Positions 31,901-44,836 of a stretch of DNA of 64,000 bases are shown in pieces (the first letter of the stretch is position 1; every line of letters starts with the position of its first letter). The translations under genes and the position numbers were made by a program. Below the pieces are notes generated by a model. It saw nothing but the letters and a program-made list of their open reading frames with translations. It was not told where the DNA came from and searched no databases. This DNA is from Tubulanus polymorphus. Taxonomy: Eukaryota > Animalia > Nemertea. The DNA is taken from positions 8,582,850-8,646,849 of the forward strand of contig NC_134029.1 in the NCBI RefSeq assembly GCF_964204645.1. The letters are read 5' to 3'.

Positions 31901-34900
31901 TTATTTGTTGAATTCGATGTTTCAACTGCTGTGTTTCCAATTGCATTCTTCCAATTCACTATGTCGATTATTTCTGTTTCACAAATGAAACTCGTGTGAA
32001 CCTCTTCAATTCCGCAAGGGAATCGAACCCAGTTCGCTGATCCTCGGGGATTATTTAGTATCATCGCTGTACATGGCATATTGATGTCTTTTATCGGTTG
32101 TTTTCTTAAAGGAGATATCAATCCTTGAATAACCTCTGGTATCGTATCGTTATTTGTAGGTTTATACCACTCTGTGTAGCTCAATGGTTTCCCATCAGTC
32201 CACGTGTAATAACCAGATCTAGGCTAGAAATATAAAATAATAGCAAATTAACGTTGGGAACATTTAAAAAAAGAAAAACTGTTTACAAATTTACCTGGAG
32301 TTTTAATCCAATCATTACAATGAGCGCTTTCTGCGAATATGCTTGTTTAAGAAGCTTTGTAGCGAATAATGTTTTAATGGAAACCATTTCCTGTTCTGAG
32401 TTGATACTGAGTAGATGTCCCGCATGCTTTTGTCTACAGTACAATTCAGCATTCTCCCAATTCAGACGCTCATCTCTGATATTTTTCACGCAGGAAATTC
32501 CCGAATCTAAAAATCCTTGTTGACAGTGAGCACCATTATTTGAATACTCCATCGCAAACGAATGGCGCAAAACGTATTGTATCTGAAATGTTGCTATTAT
32601 GTCTTTGATTTCGAAATAAAACTGATTACTAATTAAACTATGAAATACAAGTCCTATCGTTGCCATATTCCCACATATTGCAATACGACGATGGGTTCGA
32701 ATGTTCGCCCAGGATATCTCTTGAATGAAAAGTATCGGGCTTGTTTCCACAAAGATGTTTGCGGTGCAGCTTATCGATTCTATAGATTTGATGATAAATC
32801 TGTAATATCGAAATATGTTCCTTTGTCGGGCGTTTGTAAATCTATAGTATAAAGATACCGACGTACGTCCTGCCCATGTCGGGTAGTTCGGCGATTCGAC
32901 CAGTCCGCATTCGTCGTCCAACGAGTAAGCTTGTCTCCCTATTGTTGACCGTAACGTGTCAACAGGCTTTTTCGGTCCTAAACATTTATGACGCAGTTTG
33001 ATAGTGAGTGGTGTCCACCGAAACGCACTCCAACTGCCCATGAATACCGTGCTTAAAACGATGCTTTCATTTAAAAGTTTACTAATCAATCTTAATCTTC
33101 GAGGACAAAGTCGTAACAAATCACGAAAACAACTGTCAATTCGATATTCGTGTCCTGATAATATATGAATTTTTCTGGGAGGAAGGCGTCGGTTTTCGGG
33201 TGTTATCACGAGACAGTGTGACGTCATAACGATCTGACGTTCTACCTGCTTTACATCATACCAGTCACAGTCAGTAGAGCGAAATTCGAGAGTTGGTTTC
33301 TCATCGACTGTTGACGACAGAACATCCCAGTTATAAGCGTATCCTACTACAGTAACATATCCACCGGATGTAATCAGACTGACGACGTTACGGTCGTATA
33401 CCCGTAAACGAGGGCAATACGGACCGTAGCGTCTAGCCGTGAAATTACCACCATCAAATATGTAAAATCCAGCCCGCTCACAGTTCTCTGATAAAACTGT
33501 CAGGTCCATATTCTCATCATGAATATCAACTTTCCATTTGAACAGTAATGTGTTTATTTGGTAGATCAATTCTTTCTTCTTTGATGACGGGAAAATCCAG
33601 CGAAAAGGAAGCCATGATATTCCATCTCGCATCTATGAAAATAATGTCTATGGATCAGTTTATATTATTGGAATATGATTTGATTAGTCAGCTTCATTGG
33701 TAGTTTAGAATTTAATACTCACCCGATGATTAGTGACGTGTACATCTTCTATCGTTAGTGATTTCAATTCAAAGTTAATTTCTATTCGTGACATTGATTG
33801 TTCCCCATTCATTAAGACGCACACTACGGCGAGAAAGCCGTCAGATTTGACACTCAGTGATTCTAGGTTGTTGCAACCGAGTAAAATATCAGCCCTTACA
33901 AAACGCAGCCCTTCTAGTTTATATACACCAATGACGTCACCGGACGTGACGAGATCACGTGTCCAGTTGAAGACGACGTACTGTAACACCTGCACTGCGA
34001 TAGACCAACAGTGTAAGTGGTTTGATCGAGTTATTACGTGTAAACTGTTTTCATCGGGAATGAGCACCCCCGACTCGTTATTAGAGATCTGAATCAACGG
34101 ATTAGAGACGTTCCAATCTGATATTTTGTAGATTTCTGCTAATAGTCTGAAGCGAATTAACGGATTCCAATGAAGCGAAGAGATGACTGCTTTATTTGTT
34201 TTAGTATAGAACGACGAAGGTGGATGTCCGGTTTGTTCTCGTATAATTGCTATAGGTTCACTGTTGGTGTTCCACCCGTCGTAGATTTTAATGGTCACTG
34301 ACTGACTTGCAGGATGTGGTTTTAATATTACCCGAATAAATGTGAGATTCATCGCATGACCGTGTGATATTCCGATCCATTCCACAAACAACTGGCACTT
34401 ACGTATTTTGATGTGGAATTTATACCCAGTTGATGATTGTAGTTTATTTAAACTACAACTTATTTCGTTGCAGTCGTGACTGATTCTGAATCGGCTTCGT
34501 TCATAACGATATATCATATACACCCGACTACCTCGCGCACTATCGACGTAACTCCTAAATATCAACGAGATCGAATCGTTACGGCCGATCTCATGTTTTC
34601 CATCACCGCAGAGTCTGTTATCAGGCTCGTAAACGAGAAGGTAGTCACCATTACAGAATATTGACGGCTCGATGTCGTAGTAAACGTGGACGTGAATAGT
34701 TCCCGGTAAAGAGCTGTTGATGAACCAGCGACATTCAACACCACGCGTTAACGAGGGATAATTCGGTGAAACGATGTAACCGGACGTAGAATCGACGGGG
34801 TACCACGTGTTGTTGCAAGGTGAACTTACCATCACAGACGATTCCTTGATAGAGTCTGTGCGATCGGCGCGTGCTATGCGAACTTGACAGACGATCAGCG

Positions 34901-34934
34901 ACGCTATCAAAAGCGCTCCCAGTTGTTGCTCCAT
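28939..34934 (-). CDS. GRL101-like LGR-family GPCR with CUB, C-type lectin, LDLa and LRR ectodomain, copy 1 (~1,940 aa, 3 exons)
   Basis: Exons 34934-33723, 33632-32295 and 32223-28939 joined by phase-0 GT-AG introns of 90 and 71 nt. Signal peptide, CUB (GYIVSPNYP), CTL (LNWENAELYC...WTDG), multiple LDLa (CDGxxxCxDGSDE), LRRs, hinge STCSDLM, 7TM with TGVCLP and NSSLNPLLY. Confidence 0.9.
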
Positions 34935-37607
34935 AGCAAACAACACGATACAATGAATGAAATTCCTTCACGATTCAAATTCTGCCCCGTTGTCCACGGA
35001 TCTTCAAGTCCAATCAATTAATGATGTAGAATTCTAAATTTCTTACTTACTAAATGAATTATTCACTCTATTTCGCAAGAATATTCAATTTCAGTCGTAA
35101 ATATTGACGCACGGCCAATTATATTTTTAACATGCTTAAATCAATTTTCGTGTCGTTCGCGTTTTTTTTTTGTCTGGATGATAATCTTTTACACAATACT
35201 TTATCATTTTCGCTGGTGTACTGCGCATATATATAGAACACGTCATTCCGTCTAGCACCACCAATTTCATAAAGCCCGCAAATGCGGAATTTGATAGAAA
35301 AGTCCCTAGCCGTGAAGGAAAAGATCAGAGTTGTTGATTAAATCGAGGAATGACCTGAATTGGAATTATTGTGGGATCAACAGGGTTAATTCAGCTATTA
35401 GTAACGTTACCTCTCGGTTTGCTGATCTCCTTTTATGTTACCAGTTGCCGACATCATAGTTCCCGCTTAAGTTTGACTCTGGCAATTATTGAGTCGAGAA
35501 ATCCGTTCATTTTCGATATGTCCGTGTAACACCTTGTGAAATCTTTACCAAGAACGTTTAAACCATATCCTAGTTTGTTTTTATTGTAAAGTCCACTTTC
35601 GGTTATTTTCAACTTCTGGAGGAACTAATAAACCTCGTGTATAGTTTTGTGTATATTAAGTGTTTCGTCTTTCATCTGGGGTTGACGCGTTTTTTACCAC
35701 TATTTGATTCATGAAAAATGAATGAACTGTAACATTTAACCAATGAAATTCCTCGGATCCACTCGGAATTTTGAGTTTCATGCTTAACATGAACAAATCG
35801 GGAAAACTCAGGGAATTTGTCAATTTTGTAGAAAGTGGCCACCCTGATTAAAAGAAATTCAAAATTAGGAAGAAAATACGGCTCGACTCATCCGTGAATG
35901 AAAGTTGAAACTACAATGGCGTTTGTACGATTGTTCTCGAGGGAATACCTGGTGGCGACACCGTTAATCGGGACGAAAATTCCTTAGATAGCAAATACTT
36001 GGGGAATGTCCAGAAAATAACTCCTGAGTCTCGTAAACCTTAGATAGTTACAGAGTATGGCGTGACACAAATTCGCATATCACTTTTTACAAAACGCCCC
36101 CCTTCCCCCACCCCTGGTGGCACCACCAAAAAGTTGATAAAAAACTGTTAGAATACAGAGAAAATATGACTCAAATAAAAATTGACGCCGGACGGACGGC
36201 TCACCCCATACCCTACCTCACCTTTGGTCACAGCGGAGCTAGAAAAAAGCGATAGACGATGGAATACTTGGAAAATCTGTACCGACCTCAAATAAAGTTC
36301 TATATAGTGTGCCCATGTCACACTTGCAATTAAAAGAAAAAGACACATTCAAGGTTTTCGCTCCTTTGTTGCGAGCAAGCTGCGGAACCGGTGGCTGATA
36401 AGGATCATAGCGAAAATTTCTGGTATGCAAATCAGGGCTCCAGAACGCAAGAACGCCAAAACGAAAAAAACGTCAAATTTTCTCTGAAAGTTCGTTTTTG
36501 TGCGCCAAAACAAAGAATAATTCCGTTTACGCGCTCCCGCTAAAACGAACTTTCAACCACGTAAAATAATTCTATATATGAAAATTCATGCAAATTATAC
36601 ACAGGATCAACGCGCCAAATTGAAAAATAATTTTACTGTGGTTGAATCCTTTTTTGGCGGGGCGCCAAAATGGATTTAACCGCGCCAAAACGAAATCCTC
36701 TTTGTTTTGGCGCGCCTATTATACTGACCACCCCTCCCCCATCCGTACTACGGTACATTTTGAAAGACCCTTCGGCCTACGAATTGGCCATTAAAATTGT
36801 TGAGCTACCTTTAATTGAAAAACGCTCCGAGATATGCTCATTTCAGTCTACCGCTGGTTTACCGACCACATCGGTGCAGAACGATTTTGGCGGTATAAAT
36901 CGACGAGTATGGCGGTATATCGGGGCTTGTCAAATGATTACTCCAAGATCGGGGTGGTTTACTATGTATTTGTATTAGAGATGAACATTGAGAAAACCTG
37001 GCGGTAGGCGGGGGTGGTGGCAAATGGGAGGGCGGTTTATCGGGGTAGACTGTATATAAAATCAAGTAAGTAGCATATTTAGAGGGGGTGATATTACTAT
37101 AATATGATATTTTGCATCAGAATATCGCGAAATTTTTTATATCTGGTCCACAAAGTATGAACATTTTCTGAAGAGACTTGCTATCAGAAAAGTACGTACA
37201 TTCTTCTTAGAGACATGCTGGCAATGATATCAAGATCAATGGTGTGTTGAGTTATACGGTCACTGTTGCTGTTTGAAGTGCGAGTATTTGCAGACATAGT
37301 TTTTCTCGATGCTCGTTCGCGTCTCGACGTCAAAATCAATCGAATGGCTACAAGAATCACTGTCGGGATTATACTTTATAGGACTAACAAACTCTACTAT
37401 TTCAACTGTTCTTTTTTTTTACCTAATAAAAGTCCAAGTCCGTGTCCATCATTCGTGTCCAGTGCACTGATTAATGGAACAACGAGTAAAATATTTGTAT
37501 TGAATAATCGACATTGTCAGTAAACATTTATGTAGATATAACTTTTCTTCGTACGAATAATTCTAACAGCTTACAGATGCCAAAAAACAACATTAAAGCT
37601 GTACAGT

Positions 37608-38020
37608 AGTAATAGGAAAAGTAGGCTTTCATACCAGAGGACGAGAGGACGAGACACCACTCATCACCACAAGTAATTTTTTTTCCTAATAAATGGGGGA
37701 GAATGAACACCAGCCAGAAAACAATAATGTTAATAAAAATCAATATTATTGCACATGTTGTAAAAAATACGTTGATACATCTAATAAAACACGACATGAA
37801 AAAACTGCAAATCATATAAAAAATGTAATAGATTTTGAAACTCCAGAAAATTCCAATGAAAGAAAAGAAAGATTAGAAAATATGAATGTGGATGAAATAA
37901 AATGTGAAGTTTGTAATGAATTTATAGTAAAAAGGAATTATAATAGACATCTCGAATCACAAAAACACCATCAAAATTTGAGTAATAATGTTTTAGGAAA
38001 AGATTATTTTGATGATAAAC
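37608..38020 (+). repeat. Left terminal inverted repeat (413 bp)
   Basis: Reverse complement of 54367-54779. Similarity ends after GATGATAAAC. Confidence 0.93.
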
Positions 38021-41000
38021 CTCAAAAAGTAAAAAAACCAAATTCAAAAACTTAATCCATTTCAAATAAACCTTACATGGAAAATGTTAGAAATTATATT
38101 GATTCACTAGAAATAAAAGATACAATTGAAATTTTAGAAACATTACATAGTAAAATTGGTCCTGCAGCTATTATATTTAGATTTTTTAAAGGTACAACAA
38201 TAGAAGATTATAGTAAATTAAATGAAATAATAGAAAAAATACTAGATTTGATAACAGATGTTGAATATCCAAAAATTAGTATCTCTGGGAAAGTAAGTTT
38301 TATAAAGTCAGAAGAAAAAATGAATTATAATATTCAAACACTCTCTGAAGAAATAATTTCAAAAACACAAATAAAGAGAAGTTAGAAAAAATATTTAATG
38401 AATTTAAACGTCATATTGAAGAAAGATATTTTGAGGGTTCTGGCTTAACATTGAATGAAATTATATATTTAGATTTAAATGTTTATAATACAAAAAGAAA
38501 TAAAACATCAAAAAGTAATAAAATGTTCAAAATGAAGATAATAAATGTTTTCTATGGTCAATTATTAGTTGTTTACACCCAACAGAAGATATGACGCATA
38601 GTTTTAGAATAACAAATTACCGGAAATATGAAACATTATATAAAATTGATCAATATCCAGTAACTATAAAAATGATTCCTAAAATAGAAAAAGTTAATAA
38701 TTTAAAAATAAATGTATTCGAATTAATGCAATTACCAAAGACAAAAGGTGAAAATATTAAAGATTATACATTGGAAGCTTTATATTTAACAGAATATTAT
38801 GATGATGAAAATGCTATAGATTTGTTATATTACAAAAAAGATGAAAATGAACATTATATGTGGTTAAAACAAATTGATTTATTCTTTAGAACAGAAAGTG
38901 ATCACCATAATAAAATTTATCTATGTAGAAAATGTTTATCTAAATTTATGACTGAGAATACATTATTAAAACATAAAGAATTATGTGATAATAAAGATTT
39001 TTGCAAATTAATAATGCCAACAGAAAAAGATTATAAATTGAAATTTACTAATCATAAATTTAAAAATATTGTTCCATTTGTAATTTATGGGGATTTTGAA
39101 TCGTTGAATAAAGAATTAACTGATCAAGATAGAAAAGAAATATATAACAAAAAGCAATTATTAAAATCAATGGATAAAGGAAATGAATTAAATGAAGACA
39201 CAACACAAGATCCGCCAATTATAAATACAATTAAAAAAGTTCATCAAAGAGCTGCTGCTTATAGAATTTATATAAAATCAAATTATCCCGGTTTATATGA
39301 AAGTCAATATATTTCTTTTAGAGGTGAAGATGTAGTTAATGATTTTTGTAACAAAATGATTGAATTAGAAAGTGATTTTGCAAAATTATCAAACAAAAAT
39401 AAAAGAATATTTATGACAAAAGAAAATGAAATTGATTTTAATTATGCAACTCATTGTTGTTATTGTGAAAAACCTTTTTATTCATTTGATAAAAAAGTTA
39501 GAGATCATGATCATTTAAATTCAAAATATCGTGGAGCTGCTCATGAAGATTGCAATTTACAAGCTAAGAAAGTTAATTTCGTACCAATATTATTTCATAA
39601 TTTATCAGGCTATGATACCCATCTATTTATAAAACAATTATCAAAGAAATTTGGCACAATTAATCAAGAAATAGAAGAATATAATGCTATGAATGGTGTA
39701 AATGTAAGAAAATATGATTTTAAACTATTAGCTAAAACATCTGAAAATTATATTTCATTTCAATTTGGTTGCATTAGATTTTTAGATTCTTATAGATTTC
39801 TAGCAAGTTCATTAGATAATTTATCAAAAAGTTTAGTTGATAATGATTTTGTTATAACTCGATATTATTATCCAAATGACCAAGATTTTAAATTATTGAG
39901 ATATAAAGGTGCAATTCCTTATTCATTTTATAAAACACACAATGATTTTAATGTAACAGAATTATTAAAAGATCAATTTTATGATCAATTAAAAGAGGAG
40001 TATGTGAAAGACGAAGTGTTTAATAGAACATTAAATATTTGGAACCATTTAAGGATGAAAAATCATGGTGAATTAGTTGATTTATATTTAAAATCAGATG
40101 TTATGATATTGGCTGACATATTTGAAAAATTTAGAGAAGTCAATTTGAATCATTTTAATGTTGATCCTTGTTATTGCTACTCTAGTCCTGGTTTAACCTG
40201 GCAATGTGGTTTAAAATATACAAATGTAGAATTAGATTTATTAAAAGAACCAGATATGGTTTTATTATTTGAAAAATCAATTAGAGGTGGAATTAGTGGT
40301 GTTATGGGAGATAGGTATTTTAAAGCAAATGATGAATATAAATTATTATATATTGACGCCAATAATTTATATGGTTGGGCAATGATGCAGCCTCAACCAT
40401 ACAAAAATTTTATATTAACAGAAGTTGAAAATGATGATAAAACTAATTGGGAAAGCGCAACTATGAGTTTAGAAGATGAAGCACCAATTGGTTATTTCTT
40501 TGTAGTTGATTTAGAATATCCTGAAAATATAAAGTTTAAAACAAGAAACTTACCTTATTGCCCAGAACATTTAACTGAAGATGATAGTAATTTAAGTGAA
40601 TACCAGAAGAAAATAAAACCGAAAGATCATGTTTTTACAGAAAAATTAATACTTACTCAAAATAATAAATACAATTATATTGTTCATTATAGAATGTTAA
40701 AATTTTATCTAAAACAAGGAATGAAATTAAAGAAAGTACATAGATATATTGAATTTAATCAATCGAAGTGGTTAGAAAAATATATAGATTTTAATACTCA
40801 ACAGAGAACCATATCAAAAACAGATTTTGAAAAAGATTTCTTCAAATTAATGAATAATAGTTTTTATGGAAAAACATGTGAAAATATTAGAAATAGAAAT
40901 GATATTGAATTAGTAAATAATTCTGAACGATTAAGACATTTACAATCAAGTCCTAAACATTTAGGAAATAAAAGATTTGAAGATTATTTAGCAGCAGTTA

Positions 41001-42670
41001 AATTAAAAAGAACGTCAATGAAATTTAATAAACCTATATTTATTGGTTCAACAGTTTTAGAAGTATCAAAACTATTAATGTATGATTTTTATTATAATGT
41101 TTTACAACCACTTTTTGGGGAAAAGCATATTGAAATATTATATTTTGATTCTGTAACAGCTGACACCCCAATATTATTAAAATGTAATAATAAAATATTG
41201 GTAAGAAGAATTTCAGAAATAATTCCAAAACAAAATTAATGTTATATTTCATATGGTGAAAAAGAATTAATACAAATAAATGGATTAATGGATGTTTGGA
41301 CAAGAAATGGATGGAAAAAATTAAAGAATATTATTAGGCATAAAACAAATAAGAAAATCTATAGAGTTAGAACTAAATTAGGGTTTGTAGATGTTACAGA
41401 AGATCATAGTTTAATTAAACGAAATGGCGATGAAATAAAACCAACTGATATAAAAATTGGAGATGAATTATTACATAAAAGATTTTTCCAAAGAATGAAT
41501 CATATGTCATTTGATGAAATAATTGATAATATTTATAACATAGAACCCGAAACATTAGAAAGAAAAGAATATTTTATCAAAGGATTTTTCATGGGTGATG
41601 GTTCAGCAGGTGTGTATAATTATGTTAATCGCACTCAATATTGCTGGTATTTATGCAATCAAGACTTAAAATTATTAGAAAGAATAAAGAAATTCTGTGA
41701 AGAAGTTTATCCAAATAAAACATTTAAAATCATGGATGTTATGAAATCAACAGCAGTTTATAGAATACTTGTAAATAATCCTAAAGATTTTGCTATAAAA
41801 TATAATGATGAATTCTATATTCATGCAATAGTTAAAAGTAATACTTCAACAAAAGATAAGATAGTACCAGATTATTTATTAAATGCAAAAAATAATTTAA
41901 GAAAATGGTTCTTCATTGGATTCTATGCTGCAGATGGTTCAAAAAGTTTCAAAAACCGCAAAACAATATCTTTAGCTCAAAAAGGAAAAGTTGCTATATC
42001 AGGATTGAATATATTATGCAGTTCATTAGGATTTAATATGAATATTGGATTGATTAAATCTAAACCAAATTGCTTTAATTTAAGACATGTAGAAAATGAG
42101 TTAACAGAAGAAGTTAAAGATTTATTTGAAATATATAACCCAACTGACTATGTTTATGATTTATCAACAGATGATGGAACATTCAATTCTGGGTTCCCAT
42201 TAATCCAAAAAAATACCGACGCCTACATACTAAAAATCAAGACAAATGACATAACAAAAGACTTAAAAACATTAAAACATCATTTTGATTTTAGCACTTA
42301 TCCCAAAGATCATGAACTATTTAGCAATGATAATAAACAGATTCCTGGTAAATTTAAAGATGAATTAGGGGGTGATGAAATGATTGAATTTGTTGGGATA
42401 AGAAGTAAAATGTATAGTTACAGAACAAAAGATCATGAAGCTAAAAAGTTAAAAGGAATAACAAAACATGTGGTTGATAAACATATAGAATTTCAAGATT
42501 ATATAAAGTGTTTATATAAATCAATTGTAATGAAACACAAAATGAATTGTTTAAGATCAGAAGATCACGAGATGTACATTAATGAAGTTAAAAAAACTAG
42601 TTTGAATCCATTTGATGATAAAAGGCATATTTTAGATGATGGTATAAAAACATTACCTTATGGCCATTAA
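37693..42670 (+). pseudogene. polB: Protein-primed family B DNA polymerase (zinc fingers, vOTU-like protease, EndoVII/HNH insert, exonuclease, polymerase) containing an intein; disrupted
   Basis: EGSG, NEDNKCFLWS...EHY, IYGDFES, CCYC...RDHDH...HEDCN, FHNLSGYD, YIDANNLYGWAM, KLMNNSFYGK, YFD|TD, GKFKDE, SKMY, DDKR. In-frame stops at 38053 and 41237, frameshifts at about 38380-38520. Confidence 0.93.
41150..42214 (+). mobile_element. Intein with dual-motif LAGLIDADG homing endonuclease in PolB (355 codons, one in-frame TAA)
   Basis: Block A SVTADTPIL directly after YFD, block B VDVTEDHSL (TxxH), LAGLIDADG-like YFIKGFFMGDG and WFFIGFYAADG, block F YVYDLST, block G ending QKN followed by Thr. Removing it restores YFDTD. 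Confidence 0.93.
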
Positions 42671-43994
42671 AACATAAAATCAATATCATCATACTCGAAA
42701 TCACTATTGGCTTCTTCATTTTCATTTAATTGTTCTTGTATAATTTGTTTAGGTTCTTCCATTTCATTTTTCTCATTTAAATATAGTGCTATCTTGTACC
42801 ACATTTCATCTCGCTCTCTTTGTTTCTTTTTGTTCGTTAATTCATCAAATGGAATTATAATATCGATGTTTAAATAATTTACAATCTTATTTAAAAAGAA
42901 TTCATAATTTATTGAATCTGTTATTCTATTTTCCAAATGATACATTAATATTTGTTTAAATATTTTTTTTATATTTTCCATATCTTCTTCTGTTAATTTA
43001 GGTTTTTCATAATAATCGTTAAATAATAAATATAAACACATTTTCTTTTGTTTTGTGTTAAATGTTGACGGAATAATTGTTTTTATGATATCTTTTTTAG
43101 TTATTTCACCATTTTTATTTTCTATTATTTTCATTTTTTCATGCCATTGCATATATTCTGGTGTATGATCTTCTATAGAAAATATTTTAAAAATTTCATC
43201 TAGATAATTTAATTTTGGATCTATGAAAAAATTTCTAGTTTTTTCTTCACTCCATAAATTCTTTTGCCATCCACAATCAACACAAAATAACACAGTACCT
43301 TCTTGTCTTAAGGTCGCGTAATTACATTGTGGACATTATCGTTTATAATTTATTGGTAATAGATCTTCATTAAGCTCTTGGTATTTTCTTACGTTTTCTT
43401 TATGTTTTATTGTTCTATTATGTAGATTTGAATTACTTGTTGTAATAATCAATTTACAATATTTACAATAATATGTTTTTCTTGTTAATTGATTATATTG
43501 TTTTTCTAACTTTTCAACTGTTTCTTCATTATCTGGCAACGTTTTCTCATATTTTATTTTTTCTAATATATTATTTTTTCTTTCATTGAATTCAGTTTCA
43601 AATTTATTAGAAATTTTATCTATATGTGCTTTACGAAATTGATGATTCTCCCAATCTTCTATATTTTCAGGGTTATATCTTATTCGACAAGGCTCACAGA
43701 AATGATCTTTTATATTATCCTTATCATAGAATAAGAAAGGTCTTTTCCAAATAATTTCAGGTTCAACTTCAACAGAATTACTATTACTTTCATTACTATC
43801 AACATTAGCCGTTGCGCCATTAATTTTACACTTCTCTGAATGTTTTTAACATAATTTCTTGAGAATAATTTATTACATTTTGGGCAGTTTAGTTTAGGGG
43901 GTTTATAATTTTCTTCATGTTTTTTCATATGTCGAGCCATATTACTTTTTCTTAGAAGTTCACCACAAATTTCACATGCTATCTTCTCATCCAT
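42667..43994 (-). pseudogene. Zinc-finger + zinc-ribbon + poxvirus late transcription factor VLTF3(A2)-like protein; disrupted
   Basis: C2H2-like fingers (CEIC...HMKKH, CKYC...H). CPQC...CVDCG ribbon in frame across a single TAA at 43336-43338. The C-terminus INYEFFLNKIVNYL...RDEMWYKIALYL resembles the VLTF3 consensus (judged by eye). Confidence 0.65.
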
Positions 43995-44055
43995 TATTTA
44001 TTAGGGAAAAAAATTACTTGTGGTGATGAGTGGTAATTTTTTTATGTTATAAATA

Positions 44056-44820
44056 ATGGTAGAATTAAAAGAATACAGAATATTTGTTGATTCTAGAAAA
44101 CTTACAAATTATAAATCACATAATTTACTAGTTCAATTAGATAGAGAATTTAAGAATTGTGTTGATTTAAAATTAGTTAATATAAGTTTATGTAACTCAT
44201 TTTACAATATATCGGATAAAAGTTTTGATCATAGAGTCTTTTTAGTTTTTGAAAAAAGTAAAAATGAATTGTTTCCTCTATATTTAAACCCAGGTTTATA
44301 TAATTTAGAAACATTAGCCCAAGAAATTAATCGGAAAGCACGATTATATCTTGAAGGTGAAAGTGAATATAAATTTTCAATTAGATTTATAAAAAAGGAT
44401 AGTTCTGATAGAATTATAATAAAATTAAATGATGAAAGTAAACACGCATTTATGGTAGAGAAACCTTTAGCTAAACTGTTAGGAATTAAACCAAAAATTG
44501 TTACAGGAAACGTAAACGGTAATTCAAATATAATACCTTTTACACATTTTTATATTTATTGCAATTTAATTGATCCTACAAAAACATTTGAGGCAACTAA
44601 AGATACAATTTGTAATTCTAGTATATTAAATATTTTACCATTAAAGAATGTTAAACAATTTGGAACGCAAATAAATTATAATTTAGCTGAATGTGATTTT
44701 AAACCTTGTATTCCACATTTCAATAATTTCAAATTAGAAATAAGAAATCATAATGGATATTTAATTGATTTGAATAACTTTCCTGTGATATATGAATTAG
44801 TTATAAGATGTAAAGAGTAA
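44056..44820 (+). CDS. Putative minor capsid protein (penton, single jelly-roll)
   Basis: 254 aa, beta-rich. Pattern IFVDS...SFYNI...PGLYN...YIYCNLI...IRNHNGYLIDLNNFP is typical of Polinton/virophage pentons. Confidence 0.7.
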   Translation: MVELKEYRIFVDSRKLTNYKSHNLLVQLDREFKNCVDLKLVNISLCNSFYNISDKSFDHRVFLVFEKSKNELFPLYLNPGLYNLETLAQEINRKARLYLEGESEYKFSIRFIKKDSSDRIIIKLNDESKHAFMVEKPLAKLLGIKPKIVTGNVNGNSNIIPFTHFYIYCNLIDPTKTFEATKDTICNSSILNILPLKNVKQFGTQINYNLAECDFKPCIPHFNNFKLEIRNHNGYLIDLNNFPVIYELVIRCKE

Positions 44821-44836
44821 TTTTTTCATTATATAA

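Noticed and set aside
32254-34664. Plus-strand ORFs conserved in both GPCR duplicates
   Set aside because: Conservation is explained by the recent duplication, and they are antisense to the real gene.
41237-41290. Frameshift between the two PolB ORFs, or two separate genes
   Set aside because: ORFs 38591 and 41288 are in the same frame and separated only by one TAA inside the intein.
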